64,000 nt of DNA, taken from Dehalococcoidia bacterium (GTDB lineage: Bacteria; Chloroflexota; Dehalococcoidia; Bin125). Below, one piece after another: positions 8,973 through 18,583 of this stretch. A program made the translations under genes and the position numbers. The number at the start of each line of letters is the position of its first letter. Position 1 is the first letter of the stretch. The notes below the pieces were generated by a model. That model made no database searches, had not been told where the DNA came from, and saw only the letters and a list, made by a program, of their open reading frames with translations. The stretch lies in contig CAXXSR010000001.1 of assembly GCA_963662615.2 (NCBI GenBank), positions 1,664,001 through 1,728,000 on the forward strand. Direction: 5' to 3'.

Positions 8973-11900
8973 ATGGCCAAGACCGGAACGGACGACGCCC
9001 CCGCGACGACCTCCTTCGAAGTGCGAGCCAGCCTGGTCCAGGCGTTGCACCTTGACCTGGTTGGGCCGGGCTCGGATCACGAACTCGCTGAGGAGCGGCT
9101 ACCTGGTTGGGTGCGACCATCGAATTGGTATTTAACCGGTTTTCTGATCCCGTCGGGCACGCCACCTGAACAGGCCGCCGACACAGACGAGGGTGAAGAT
9201 CTGGACGAAACGCCGGAATCCGCCGGCCTCGCCGAAGAGAGCTCGGAGGACCGCAAGGCCGCCAAGCGAGGTTTCTTCCCGTCCTCCATGGGCTTGAGCT
9301 TCCTTGTGCCGGCCGGTGCGCAGACCCTTCAAGTCCTCGTGAGTTGGGGTGACTACACGGCGGAGGAAATCGAAGGCGAGGACCGGAAGTCGTCGTCCGT
9401 CTGGCAGCGGCACCCGCGGGAGCAGACGGTTGATGCCTCCCTTGGCGCTGGCGGGGGAGCGCCATGGGTCGTCCCCCTGCCAGACTCTGGCGGTCTCGAG
9501 CTAAACATCGTCGAGCGGGCGGTGTCGGTCGTGGACCTCGAGGGGCAGATCCCTGCGGGTACTCGGTCCATCTCCCTCTTCCTCGTGAACCACCGACCGC
9601 CGCTCGAGGCCAGGCTCGACGAGGCCTTCGTCTTCCAGCCGCAGCTCGACGTGCGGTGCGAGGTTCCCTTCGTGCCCCGGCCTGACCTTCGCGGCGCCTC
9701 CCCCGAGGATTGGGACGAGCAAGTGGCTGACCTGCACTACGCAGATGTGCCGGCATACGCCACAGGCCACAGTGTTTCGGCGGAGTGGGAAACGGCGGAC
9801 GGCGCGTGCCGCCTCCTGCGCACCGCCTGGATCCCCAGCGCCGAAGTCGAGAAGACCAGCACTGTCGAGCTTCCCGGCGTCGAACTGTCAATGAACGTCC
9901 TCGGAGTCTTGGAGGGTGGCCCTGCCGTTGAAAAGGCCTTGGCCCCATTGGTCGAACGCTACCGGACCTGGATCGAGGAACGGCGAGACGAGACCGCACA
10001 ACTCGCCGGGACCCGCCGTGACACGGCTGATCAGCTTCTCAGCTCCGCTTCATTCGCGGCCGACCGCATTGAGCGTGGGATCGCCGTCCTTGCCGAGGAC
10101 CCCGACGTCCTCGACGCGTTTCGGGTCGCGAACCGGGCCGTGGCCCGCGCCCTGCAGAAGCGCCTCGACGTCGAATCGCCGCAGTGGCGAGCCTTCCAAC
10201 TCGCTTTCGTCCTGCTCAACCTGCCCGGCATGGCCGACCCAAGCGACCCCAATCGCGACACAGTAGACCTGCTCTTCTTCCCGACCGGCGGGGGCAAGAC
10301 GGAGGCGTACTTTGGGCTCGCCGCCTTCGCGATGGTGCTGCGGCGGCTGCGTCATCGGGGGTCTCCCGCGGGCGTTGGGGTCAGCGTCATCATGCGCTAC
10401 ACCCTCCGGCTCCTCACACTGGACCAACTCAGCCGCGCGGCCGGACTCGTCTGTGCTTTGGAACTGGAGCGCGACCAGGATCCCATCTCTTACGGCGAGT
10501 GGCCCTTCGAGATCGGATTGTGGGTGGGTAAGGCTGCGACGCCAAACGTGCTTGGCCACAAAGGCGACGGACGGTCAGACTCCGCGCGCAGCAAGGTGCG
10601 CCAGTTCAAGAGCGATCCACGCAACAGGCCTTCACCAATCCCGCTCGAAAACTGCCCCTGGTGCGGGGAGTCTTTCAAGCCCGAGTCGTTTGAGCTTCGG
10701 CCAGACGACGACCGACCCCGTGAGCTACGGATCGTCTGCATGAACTTCGAGTGTGACTTCACCCGGGATCGCGCGCTGCCGATCGTGGCCGTCGACGAGC
10801 CCATCTATCGACGCTTGCCTGCCTTCCTGATCGCGACCGTCGACAAGTTCGCCTCGCTGCCTTGGGTTGGGCAGGCCGGCGCGCTCCTTGGCGGCGCGGA
10901 TCATCACGATTCAACGGGGTTCTATGGCGCCGCGGACCCGGGCAGCGGTACCCGCCTCGACACGCCCCTCCCCCCGCCCGACCTCATCATCCAGGATGAA
11001 CTCCACCTGATTTCTGGCCCGCTCGGCACCATGGCGGGGTTGTACGAGACGGCCATCGAGGCCCTCTGCGTGCGCCAGCTCGAGGGGCGCGCCGTCCGGC
11101 CCAAGATTGTCGCCTCGACCGCGACGGTGCGCCGTGCCCCCGATCAAATCCAGGCACTCTTCGGGCGGGCGTCCACCCAAGTCTTCCCACCTCCCGGGCC
11201 GGGACGCCGGCACTCGTTTTTTGCCAAGACGCTCTCGCCGACGGAGGTCCCTGCCAGGCTGTATCTCGGAGTTGCTGCGCAGGGTCGTAACCCAAAGGAG
11301 GTCCTCCGGAAGACGTGGCTCGCGCTGATGGGTGCCGCGCAGCGGGCCTACCGCGACGCGGGCGGCCACCAGAATGAAGCAAATCCTGCCGACCCCTATA
11401 TGACGGTCCTGGGGTACTTCAACAGCCTGCGCGAGTTGGGCGGCTGCCGCCGCATCCTCGAGGAGCAGGTCCAGAACACGATCAAGGCATACGGCGGCCG
11501 CAAGCGGGTCGGCGAGGATCGCGGGCTCTTCCGTGACCGGAAGACCTTCTCTGAGGTGGTCGAACTGACCTCCCGCGTCCCGACCAACAAGGTGGCGGAG
11601 GCGCGGCGCCGCTTGGAGGCCCGCTTCCACGAGAAGCAGCGTGTGGACTGTGCGATCGCGACGAACATGATCTCGGTCGGGCTTGATATTCAGCGGCTGG
11701 GACTGATGGTGGTGCAGGGCCAGCCCAAGACCACGTCCGAGTACATTCAGGCGACGAGTCGCGTGGGCCGAGACGAGGAGCGCCCTGGGCTCGTCGTCAC
11801 GCTGCTCAACATTCACAAGCCGCGGGATCGATCCCACTACGAGCGCTTCCGCCACTACCACGAGACCTTTTACCGCTCGGTCGAGGTGAGCAGCGTCACA

Positions 11901-12371
11901 CCGTTCTCTGCCCGCGCACTGGATCGCGGCTTCGCTGGTGCATGCGTTGCACTGGCGCGGTACGCCGAGCCGGCGCTGGCACCGCCGCGCGGTGCCGAGC
12001 AGATCGCGGCGGTCCGAGTTTCCCTAGAGATGCAGCTCCTCGACGCATTCCTTGAGCGGGTCCGGCAGCAGCCGATCGAGGACGCAGACGAGCTGGAGGA
12101 ACGCTTACGCAGTGTGCGAAACCGGACCGTGGATCTGCTCGACTCCTGGCGGGCGGTCTTCGACGAGTACCTCGCTGACGGAGTGGCGCTGCAGTACCAG
12201 AAGTACGAGCTGGACGGTCCTCGGCCACTCCTGCGCGACATCCTCGACCGAGATTTCGAGTCGGAACACCACCGAAAATTCCGTGCTAACCGGTCGCTTC
12301 GCGACGTGGAGCCGGAGGTCAACTTGTTTCTCCATGACCTCAACGGCAGGCAGGTGGACGCCGGGCCATGA
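8973..12371 (+). CDS. drmA: DISARM SF2 helicase DrmA
   Basis: PTGGGKTEAY, IQDELH, ASTAT and QATSRVGR motifs plus a CPWC zinc motif; immediately upstream of a DUF1998 gene. Confidence 0.92.
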   Translation: MAKTGTDDAPATTSFEVRASLVQALHLDLVGPGSDHELAEERLPGWVRPSNWYLTGFLIPSGTPPEQAADTDEGEDLDETPESAGLAEESSEDRKAAKRGFFPSSMGLSFLVPAGAQTLQVLVSWGDYTAEEIEGEDRKSSSVWQRHPREQTVDASLGAGGGAPWVVPLPDSGGLELNIVERAVSVVDLEGQIPAGTRSISLFLVNHRPPLEARLDEAFVFQPQLDVRCEVPFVPRPDLRGASPEDWDEQVADLHYADVPAYATGHSVSAEWETADGACRLLRTAWIPSAEVEKTSTVELPGVELSMNVLGVLEGGPAVEKALAPLVERYRTWIEERRDETAQLAGTRRDTADQLLSSASFAADRIERGIAVLAEDPDVLDAFRVANRAVARALQKRLDVESPQWRAFQLAFVLLNLPGMADPSDPNRDTVDLLFFPTGGGKTEAYFGLAAFAMVLRRLRHRGSPAGVGVSVIMRYTLRLLTLDQLSRAAGLVCALELERDQDPISYGEWPFEIGLWVGKAATPNVLGHKGDGRSDSARSKVRQFKSDPRNRPSPIPLENCPWCGESFKPESFELRPDDDRPRELRIVCMNFECDFTRDRALPIVAVDEPIYRRLPAFLIATVDKFASLPWVGQAGALLGGADHHDSTGFYGAADPGSGTRLDTPLPPPDLIIQDELHLISGPLGTMAGLYETAIEALCVRQLEGRAVRPKIVASTATVRRAPDQIQALFGRASTQVFPPPGPGRRHSFFAKTLSPTEVPARLYLGVAAQGRNPKEVLRKTWLALMGAAQRAYRDAGGHQNEANPADPYMTVLGYFNSLRELGGCRRILEEQVQNTIKAYGGRKRVGEDRGLFRDRKTFSEVVELTSRVPTNKVAEARRRLEARFHEKQRVDCAIATNMISVGLDIQRLGLMVVQGQPKTTSEYIQATSRVGRDEERPGLVVTLLNIHKPRDRSHYERFRHYHETFYRSVEVSSVTPFSARALDRGFAGACVALARYAEPALAPPRGAEQIAAVRVSLEMQLLDAFLERVRQQPIEDADELEERLRSVRNRTVDLLDSWRAVFDEYLADGVALQYQKYELDGPRPLLRDILDRDFESEHHRKFRANRSLRDVEPEVNLFLHDLNGRQVDAGP

Positions 12372-14161
12372 GCAAGCGCGCACACGGCCAGATTCGACGG
12401 AGCCAAGTCATCACCACGTGGGGCCCCGGTGCGCTCCTGGATCTCCCCCGCCACTCGGCGATCGTCGGGGGCTTGGACACCTGGCCCCGAATCAACGACC
12501 TCGAGGAGATCGTGGAGCCATTCCTGTCGCGAAAACTTCAAGAGATGACGGGCGTTGCTGCCCCGCGCTTATACGCTCCACCGGCGGACTCGAACGACCC
12601 CCGGGAGCCGAAGCAGGGCATCACGGTCTACCGCTTTCCGGAGTGGTTCATCGTCCAAGAGGCCGCGGGCGAAGACGGACGCCAGCGCTCCCGACGCCTC
12701 GTGTCCCGGCGCGCCCTCGATGAGCGGGGAAAGTTCGACGGGCACCTGGTCGTCGCGACCCGGTTCGTGCGGGGGTGCCCGCGAGGACACGTGGACGATC
12801 TCGATTGGCCTACGTTCGTCCATGGCCCCGGGGACGGCTGTCATCGCCAGCTCTGGCTGGACGAGCGGGGGACCAGCGGAGACCTGGGCGAGAACGTCGT
12901 GCGCTGTGAATGCAAACGGACGCGCGGGATGCACGAAGCGATGCTTCTCGAGGACAATCCGCTGGGTACGTGTCGCGGCACGCGCCCCTGGCTCGGACTG
13001 CATTCCAAGGAGGACTGTACGCTGCCCAGCCGCCTTCTCACCCGGACAGCCGCCAACGCCTACTTCCCGCAAGTGGTCAGTGTGCTCTCGCTCCCAGACC
13101 AGGGATCGGCCGTCCAGGGGGTAGTGCGAGCACTCTGGGACGATCTGCAGATCGTAGACACCGTCGACCAGCTCGCGTTTCTCAAGAAAAAGCCTCAAAT
13201 CGCAGATCTGCTCTCGCCGTTCAGCAACGACGAGGTCTTCGAGGCGATCGGCGTGGTCAAAGGTGGGCACGACGACGAGCGACCCGTTAAACACGTGGAG
13301 ATCGAAGCGATACTCGCCGCTCCCGAGGGCTTCGGGGACGACGTCCCGGTCGACCCGAACTTCCATGCACGGCGCCTGCCAGACGCAGCCTGGCGCCAGT
13401 TCTCTCGGAGCGACGGAATCGAGAGCGTCACCCAGCTCCATCGATTGCGAGAGGTCCTCGCCCTCAGCGGCTTCACCCGGTTCGAGGCGGAAGTACCCGA
13501 CATTCACGGCGAGTACGACAGCGATGTGCAGCGTGCGGAGCTTGCCCTGGAGCCCCAGTGGTTCCCCGCCGTCGAGAATCGCGGCGAGGGACTCTTCGTC
13601 CAGCTTCGTGCCACGGCCCTGCAGAGCTGGCTTGAGCAGCCGGGTGTCCAGGACCGACTCGATCACCTCACGACCGGCCATGACAGATGGATCAAGGACC
13701 GCAAGAGTAAGAGACAGTTCCCCGGCGGGCCGTACATTCTCCTGCACACGCTGTCGCATCTTCTGATGGAGTCGCTCTCGATGCGCTGCGGCTATCCAGC
13801 GAGCTCGATCCGCGAGCGGATCTATGCGGATGCAGCGGGGCAACGCTTCGGCGTCTTGCTCTACACGGGTAGCCCAGACGCAGAAGGCACACTCGGAGGG
13901 CTCGTCCAAGAAGCGCGTCATTTTGAGGCCCATCTTGCCTACGCGCTGCGGATGGGGGCGCTGTGCTCCAACGATCCGATTTGCGCAGAACACGCCCCTG
14001 GAGAAAGTTTGGAAGAACGCTGGCTCCACGGTGCCGCCTGCCACGGCTGTGCGCTGGTCGCGGAGACGTCATGCGAGATGCGCAACGACCATCTCGATCG
14101 CGCACTCCTCGTCCCCGTCCTGGGAGTCTCGGATGCGGCGTTCTTCGAGACCGTGGAATGA
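12368..14161 (+). CDS. drmB: DISARM DUF1998 protein DrmB
   Basis: N-terminal IRRSQVITTWGPG; LLHTLSHLLM; C-terminal CSNDPIC...ACHGC...ETSCE cysteine cluster; ATGA overlap with drmA. Confidence 0.92.
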   Translation: MSKRAHGQIRRSQVITTWGPGALLDLPRHSAIVGGLDTWPRINDLEEIVEPFLSRKLQEMTGVAAPRLYAPPADSNDPREPKQGITVYRFPEWFIVQEAAGEDGRQRSRRLVSRRALDERGKFDGHLVVATRFVRGCPRGHVDDLDWPTFVHGPGDGCHRQLWLDERGTSGDLGENVVRCECKRTRGMHEAMLLEDNPLGTCRGTRPWLGLHSKEDCTLPSRLLTRTAANAYFPQVVSVLSLPDQGSAVQGVVRALWDDLQIVDTVDQLAFLKKKPQIADLLSPFSNDEVFEAIGVVKGGHDDERPVKHVEIEAILAAPEGFGDDVPVDPNFHARRLPDAAWRQFSRSDGIESVTQLHRLREVLALSGFTRFEAEVPDIHGEYDSDVQRAELALEPQWFPAVENRGEGLFVQLRATALQSWLEQPGVQDRLDHLTTGHDRWIKDRKSKRQFPGGPYILLHTLSHLLMESLSMRCGYPASSIRERIYADAAGQRFGVLLYTGSPDAEGTLGGLVQEARHFEAHLAYALRMGALCSNDPICAEHAPGESLEERWLHGAACHGCALVAETSCEMRNDHLDRALLVPVLGVSDAAFFETVE

Positions 14162-14940
14162 CCGCGGCCCTCTTCGGTCTCCCGGCGCATCGGCGGAGGC
14201 GGCTTGTGGAAGCCCTTCAGTCGGGTCAGCTCTCTACGCCTTATTCCCCCACTTCGCTGCGATCAGTCCTCGGGCTGCGCGAGGGGGGCGAGGCCGTGCT
14301 CGATGCCCTGGGGGAGTTGGAAGGGATGAGCATCACTGGACGGGCCGCGGCGGCCTGGATTCGCGCCGTTGATGAGGCAGTCGATCGGCTGCCGCGGCCG
14401 GATCTCGTCTGGTCAGGCCCGGAGGTACTCGGGCTGCACGCCCGCGACACGCGGCGCGTGTACGAGGAGCTTCTGGGTGCGGCGGAGGACTCGATCTGGG
14501 CGTGCAGTTACGCCTACTTCGATGGTCGGCGCGCCTTCGAGGCGCTGGCGCGCCGGATGGACGAGAAGCCCGAGTTACGTGTGACGCTACTGCTCAACAT
14601 TCAGCGCCGACGCGGGGACACGACGACGGCGGAGCAGCTGGTGCGGAAATTCGCGGATCGCTTCTGGGGCACGGATTGGCCCGGCTCGTCCCGGCCGAGG
14701 GTCTTCTACGACCCGCGCTCGCTTGAGCCCGATGGTCCCGCTGGGGTCTTGCACGCGAAGGCCGTGGTAGCGGACGACAGGGCGGTCTTCGTGACATCCG
14801 CCAACCTCACCGAAGCGGCGCTCGACAGAAACATTGAGATCGGTCTGCTGGTTCGCGATCCGGCGATCGCCGCTACCGTCTCGACGCACTTCCGCACACT
14901 GGTCGAACAACGCTTGCTGCTCCAGTTGCCTGGGGACTAA
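14158..14940 (+). CDS. drmC: DISARM phospholipase D-family nuclease DrmC
   Basis: Single HKD motif LHAKAVVAD followed by TSANLT and NIEIG; ATG at 14158 overlaps the drmB stop (ATGA). Confidence 0.9.
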   Translation: MTAALFGLPAHRRRRLVEALQSGQLSTPYSPTSLRSVLGLREGGEAVLDALGELEGMSITGRAAAAWIRAVDEAVDRLPRPDLVWSGPEVLGLHARDTRRVYEELLGAAEDSIWACSYAYFDGRRAFEALARRMDEKPELRVTLLLNIQRRRGDTTTAEQLVRKFADRFWGTDWPGSSRPRVFYDPRSLEPDGPAGVLHAKAVVADDRAVFVTSANLTEAALDRNIEIGLLVRDPAIAATVSTHFRTLVEQRLLLQLPGD

Positions 14941-15011
14941 GACCAGTCGTCTGGGAGCGCTCCTCTAGCGGCCCGGAGTTCAACGACGCGCTCGGCCACG
15001 CCTCGTCGATG

Positions 15012-15962
15012 TGACCTGCCCCCCCAGAACCGGTCCAGATCCTGTGCGAGGATTCGGGCCGGTGCGAAGGGAGTCGGCATGGCACGCAAGCGGTACGCGG
15101 CCGAGGAGATCATCAGCAAACTGCGGGAGGCGGAGGTGGTGCTCGCGCAGGGGGAATCGGTCGCGCCGGTCGCGCGCCGCCTCGGCGTGGCCGAGCCAAC
15201 GTATTACCGCTGGCGGCGGGAGTACGGGGGGCTGCGGGTCGACCAGGCCAAGCGGCTGAAAGAACTGGAGCGCGAGAACAGTCGGCTGAAGCGGTTGGTG
15301 GCCGATCAGGCGCTGGACAACGCGATGTTGCGGGGCGTCGCAGCGGGAACCTGCTGAGCCCGGCCAAGCGGCGCCGGGCGACATCCTCCCGCACGGACCC
15401 GTACGCGGTGTCGGAGCGGCGGGCCTGCCGGGTCACCGGCCAGGCGCGGGCACCGCAGCGCTACGTGCCCCGGCCGTCCCCGGATGAGCCGGCGCTGATC
15501 GCGCGCATCGTCGCGCTGGCCACCCGCTTCGGCCGCTACGGCTCCCGCCGCATCACGGCCCGGCTGCGCCAGGCGGGCTGGCGGGTGAACCCCAAGCGGG
15601 TCGAGCGGCTCTGGCGTCAGGAAGGCTTGCGGGTCCCCGGGAAGCACCCCAAACGGGGCCGCCTCTGGCTCGCGGCCGGCTCGCTGGTGCGGCGGCGGGC
15701 CGAGCGGCCGAACCACGTCTGGTCCTACGACTTCGTCTTCGACCGCACCGCCGCTGGGCGCCCGGTGCGGATCCTCGCCATCGTGGATGAGTACACCCGC
15801 GAGTGCCTGCGTCTCGACGTCGCCCGCCGACTGCGCAGCGACGACGTCCTGGCGCGGTTGGCCCAGCTGTTCGTCGAGCGCGGGCCGCCGACGTTTCTGC
15901 GGTCCGACAACGGCCCGGAGTTCACCGCCACCGCGGTGCGGGACTGGCTGCACCGGGTCGGG
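15012..15962 (+). mobile_element. Truncated IS3-family (IS407-like) insertion sequence
   Basis: Left end TGACCTGCCCCC at 15012, then orfA and overlapping orfB. orfB similarity stops after SDNGPEFTATAVRDWLHRVG, so the third DDE residue and right IR are missing. Confidence 0.85.
15079..15357 (+). CDS. IS3-family transposase OrfA (HTH)
   Basis: MARKRYAAEEIISKLREAE...TYYRWRREYGG...KRLKELERENSRLKRLVADQALDN is typical of IS3 OrfA. Confidence 0.9.
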   Translation: MARKRYAAEEIISKLREAEVVLAQGESVAPVARRLGVAEPTYYRWRREYGGLRVDQAKRLKELERENSRLKRLVADQALDNAMLRGVAAGTC

Positions 15963-17255
15963 CTCCCGCCCGAGACTGGCGCGCAGTCGCGCCGGAGGCG
16001 GGAACGGACTAAGGGAAGATCGGCACTCCACGACCCTATACCAGATGGGAAGATCGGCACTCAGCTTGAGCTTTCTCTGGATGGGTTGGACGTGTCGCCG
16101 GTCTCGAAGGAGAAGCGCAAGCGCGCGGCTAAGAGACCAGCCCGACACGACGAGCTGTTCGATCTCTACCAGCGTCGGATCGCCGGCCGCGTCGCACCCG
16201 CGACAGTGACGAAGTACGCCTGGACGCTCGAACAGTGTCTTCGTCTGGCCGAGGAGCGAACCTCCCGGCCGGTGAGCATAGCGATGCTGTTGACTGACGG
16301 AACGGCGCTGGGATACGTCTGTTCCACGACTCGACGCCCTGGTGGCGGACTCCCCATCTCGGCATGGACCGCCGCGCATAGAAGGACGGTCTTGCGGTCC
16401 GTGGCCGGGACTCTCGCACCGGAACTCAGGTCTTTGGGCCTGAACGACGCGATCCAACACGTCGATCTCGCGATCCGGCGAGTGGCCGAGAGGGTGGGCG
16501 GTGGATCTCGCTTGCCGGTCGGAACGACGCGGAACAGAGGCCGGCCCGTGCCGTCGACGGCGGAAGTGAGCTCGCTACTGAACGTCGTAGGAAGCGACGA
16601 AGGCTGGGCTGGTCAGCGAAATGCGCTGTTCTACGGAATCCTCGCCGCGACGGGCACGCGCGTCGGCGCACTTCTTGTACTGGATGGCCAAGACTTGTGT
16701 CTGACTCCGGACGGTGCCGTCCGGCTTTCTCTCCACGACAAAGCCTCCGGTGGGCGGTTCGAGCTGGAACTTCCGGATCGCTTCCACGCACCGCTAGATG
16801 CCTACTTCGAGGCTACCAATCTGTCGCTCACCGGTCTGGGAAAAGGGCGAGTCGGGTTCGGGAGATTAGGCCCTGTTTGGCGCGGTCCAACGGGCGATCG
16901 ATGGCCAGCCGCCCAGATGCGCCGCCGCTTGCGAGCGGCCTGCCGCACGGCTGGGATAGAGGACTACACGCCGCATTCGTTCAGAGCCTACTTCGCCACG
17001 CAAGCGACCAACGTCGCGTCGCGCCGAGTCGCGGCCCTTGCCGGAGGCTGGCGGGGGACCGAGCGAATGGATGACCACTACGTCGGAGTCAAGCGCGATT
17101 CCATCGAGCGGAAGCTCGCCCAGATCGGCGTATCCGACAGAAGCCAACGCGGCTCCCGTCGTCGCCCGGCGGTTGAACAGCCTCATATGTCGCCCGCCGC
17201 AACTACACCGACGGCGGGTGCAGATCTCATTGCGAAGATCCGGTCGCGCCAATGA
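15408..17255 (+). CDS. In-frame fusion: truncated IS3 OrfB (to ~15962) plus a tyrosine recombinase (~15963-17255) with a complete catalytic set
   Basis: N-terminal part has WSYDFV and RSDNG (two DDE aspartates). C-terminal part has TGTR (R), HDK (K), PHSFR (HxxR), GGW (H/W) and DDHY (Y). Confidence 0.8.
   Translation: MSERRACRVTGQARAPQRYVPRPSPDEPALIARIVALATRFGRYGSRRITARLRQAGWRVNPKRVERLWRQEGLRVPGKHPKRGRLWLAAGSLVRRRAERPNHVWSYDFVFDRTAAGRPVRILAIVDEYTRECLRLDVARRLRSDDVLARLAQLFVERGPPTFLRSDNGPEFTATAVRDWLHRVGLPPETGAQSRRRRERTKGRSALHDPIPDGKIGTQLELSLDGLDVSPVSKEKRKRAAKRPARHDELFDLYQRRIAGRVAPATVTKYAWTLEQCLRLAEERTSRPVSIAMLLTDGTALGYVCSTTRRPGGGLPISAWTAAHRRTVLRSVAGTLAPELRSLGLNDAIQHVDLAIRRVAERVGGGSRLPVGTTRNRGRPVPSTAEVSSLLNVVGSDEGWAGQRNALFYGILAATGTRVGALLVLDGQDLCLTPDGAVRLSLHDKASGGRFELELPDRFHAPLDAYFEATNLSLTGLGKGRVGFGRLGPVWRGPTGDRWPAAQMRRRLRAACRTAGIEDYTPHSFRAYFATQATNVASRRVAALAGGWRGTERMDDHYVGVKRDSIERKLAQIGVSDRSQRGSRRRPAVEQPHMSPAATTPTAGADLIAKIRSRQ
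16013..16062. repeat. Perfect 16-bp direct repeat GGGAAGATCGGCACTC, two copies, 34-bp period
   Basis: Copies at 16013-16028 and 16047-16062. Confidence 0.9.
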
Positions 17256-18277
17256 CAGCGCTCCAACCCGATCTGTTGAAGTCCAAGCGTGCGTCGCTCG
17301 ACGAAGACTCCGAACGGTTGCTGACGACCTACACGCAGGCACGGCTCGACGAGGGAGCAGCCGCATCGACCGTGTCGTCTGAGCGCTCCCAGCTCAGGAG
17401 CCTGCTACGGGACTCGATCGAATCCGGCAAGGCCAGGACCCTCGCTGAGCTGGTGATGGACCCGTCGAGCGCCGCATCCGCGCTGACCTGCCCCACAGGT
17501 TCACCGGGCAGGGCGTCGATGCAGACGAGACTTCGCGCCTTCCAGCGGCTCTCGGGGCTCGGAGTTTCCGACGCGGAACGCAGGGCACGCCTCGAAGTCT
17601 TGGATGGGTCCCTCCCTTCCCGGCGCAGCCGAGGGTGGCACGACGCCGGTATCGCCGTCGCTGGACTACGGGGAACAGGACGGTGTAGAACTTCGACGAT
17701 CGATCCATCAGCGCTGGAGGCGATCGTTCTCGGGAGCGGTGTCCGAGCGAACGACGATTCCGCCCTTCTGGGCGCGCTCTGCTTCAGCGGCCTGCGCGTC
17801 GCGGAGGTTCGCATGCTGCGCTGGGGAGATCTGATCTGGAACGGCGCGGCAGAATCCTGGGAAGCTTCGGTCCAGCGTACCGGGAGACGTGGCCTGCGGT
17901 TTCTCATCGTTGGACCCGGTGCCCAAACCATGACGAATTGGAGACTTGAATCGCGCGCCGACGACGACCAAGCTGTCTTCGGCGCGCGGGACTCCGGGAA
18001 ACCCCTATCGGCGCGTGGCTTCCGACGGCGCGTGGACTTCGCTCTAACTCAGGCTGGGCATCCCTCGACCCGGCATTCCCAGATTCAGTCGGCGTTCGCG
18101 GGCTGGCTCTCCGCGTCCGGCTTCACGGACCACGAGATCAAAGTGGTGATGGGGCGCCGGGAGGTCAGATCGGTTGACCGGCTCCTGTTCGCTCACCGGG
18201 CGTTGGCGGCGCAGCGGCAGCTTGCCGAGCAAATGGAGGGTGCGCCCCTTGGCTCGGGCTCGATCGGGAGCCATTGA
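17252..18277 (+). CDS. Tyrosine-recombinase-fold protein, catalytically degenerate
   Basis: Box I FSGLRVAEVRMLRWGD is kept, but the HxxR position reads SQIQ, LGH reads MGR and the Tyr position reads VDRL. ATGA overlap with the upstream recombinase. Confidence 0.75.
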   Translation: MTALQPDLLKSKRASLDEDSERLLTTYTQARLDEGAAASTVSSERSQLRSLLRDSIESGKARTLAELVMDPSSAASALTCPTGSPGRASMQTRLRAFQRLSGLGVSDAERRARLEVLDGSLPSRRSRGWHDAGIAVAGLRGTGRCRTSTIDPSALEAIVLGSGVRANDDSALLGALCFSGLRVAEVRMLRWGDLIWNGAAESWEASVQRTGRRGLRFLIVGPGAQTMTNWRLESRADDDQAVFGARDSGKPLSARGFRRRVDFALTQAGHPSTRHSQIQSAFAGWLSASGFTDHEIKVVMGRREVRSVDRLLFAHRALAAQRQLAEQMEGAPLGSGSIGSH

Positions 18278-18291
18278 AGTGCTCTGGGTAC

Positions 18292-18320
18292 TTGAGGCTA
18301 GAGATAAAGACGGTGATAAT
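18292..18320 (+). promoter_or_regulatory. Candidate sigma70 promoter for the small-ORF/serine-recombinase pair
   Basis: TTGAGG-17 bp-GATAAT followed by a purine-rich RBS (GAGGAAGGGG) before ATG 18342. Confidence 0.35.
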
Positions 18321-18341
18321 AATGAGGAAGGGGGTGCTGCG

Positions 18342-18578
18342 ATGGATGTGACGCTCAATGGGAAGCGCTACTCGATGACGAAAGCGGATGTGGAGCGGGT
18401 CGTCGACGAGGCTCCGGACTCGCCGCGACGATACGTCGTGAAAGTCAAACGAAAGCGCTACCCGATCAAACAGGCCGCAAGTGCGGGCCTCGGTGTGCCG
18501 CCCGTCGCGTTCACTTCCCAGCAGGCGTACCAATGGCTCTCGCGACTCGACTTCGACGTGATCGATCTGAAGGGCTGA
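18342..18578 (+). CDS. Small basic protein, SCO5918-like; possible DNA-binding protein or recombination directionality factor
   Basis: 78 aa, MDVTLNGKRYSMTK...RYPIKQA...FTSQQAYQWLSRLDF; good RBS; 5 bp upstream of the serine recombinase. Family assigned from remembered motifs only. Confidence 0.6.
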   Translation: MDVTLNGKRYSMTKADVERVVDEAPDSPRRYVVKVKRKRYPIKQAASAGLGVPPVAFTSQQAYQWLSRLDFDVIDLKG

Positions 18579-18583
18579 CGACC

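Noticed and set aside
12569-14044. Long antisense ORFs (also 26165-27856, 22594-23916, 59070-60251)
   Set aside because: They lie opposite well-supported genes and are expected in high-GC DNA.
1726-14940. BREX, or a novel helicase-methylase system
   Set aside because: No PglZ or BrxC-type ATPase; gene content and order match class I DISARM.
15963-18277. RIT element or XerC/XerD pair
   Set aside because: Only two genes, one lacking catalytic residues; no RIT terminal repeats or dif site recognised.
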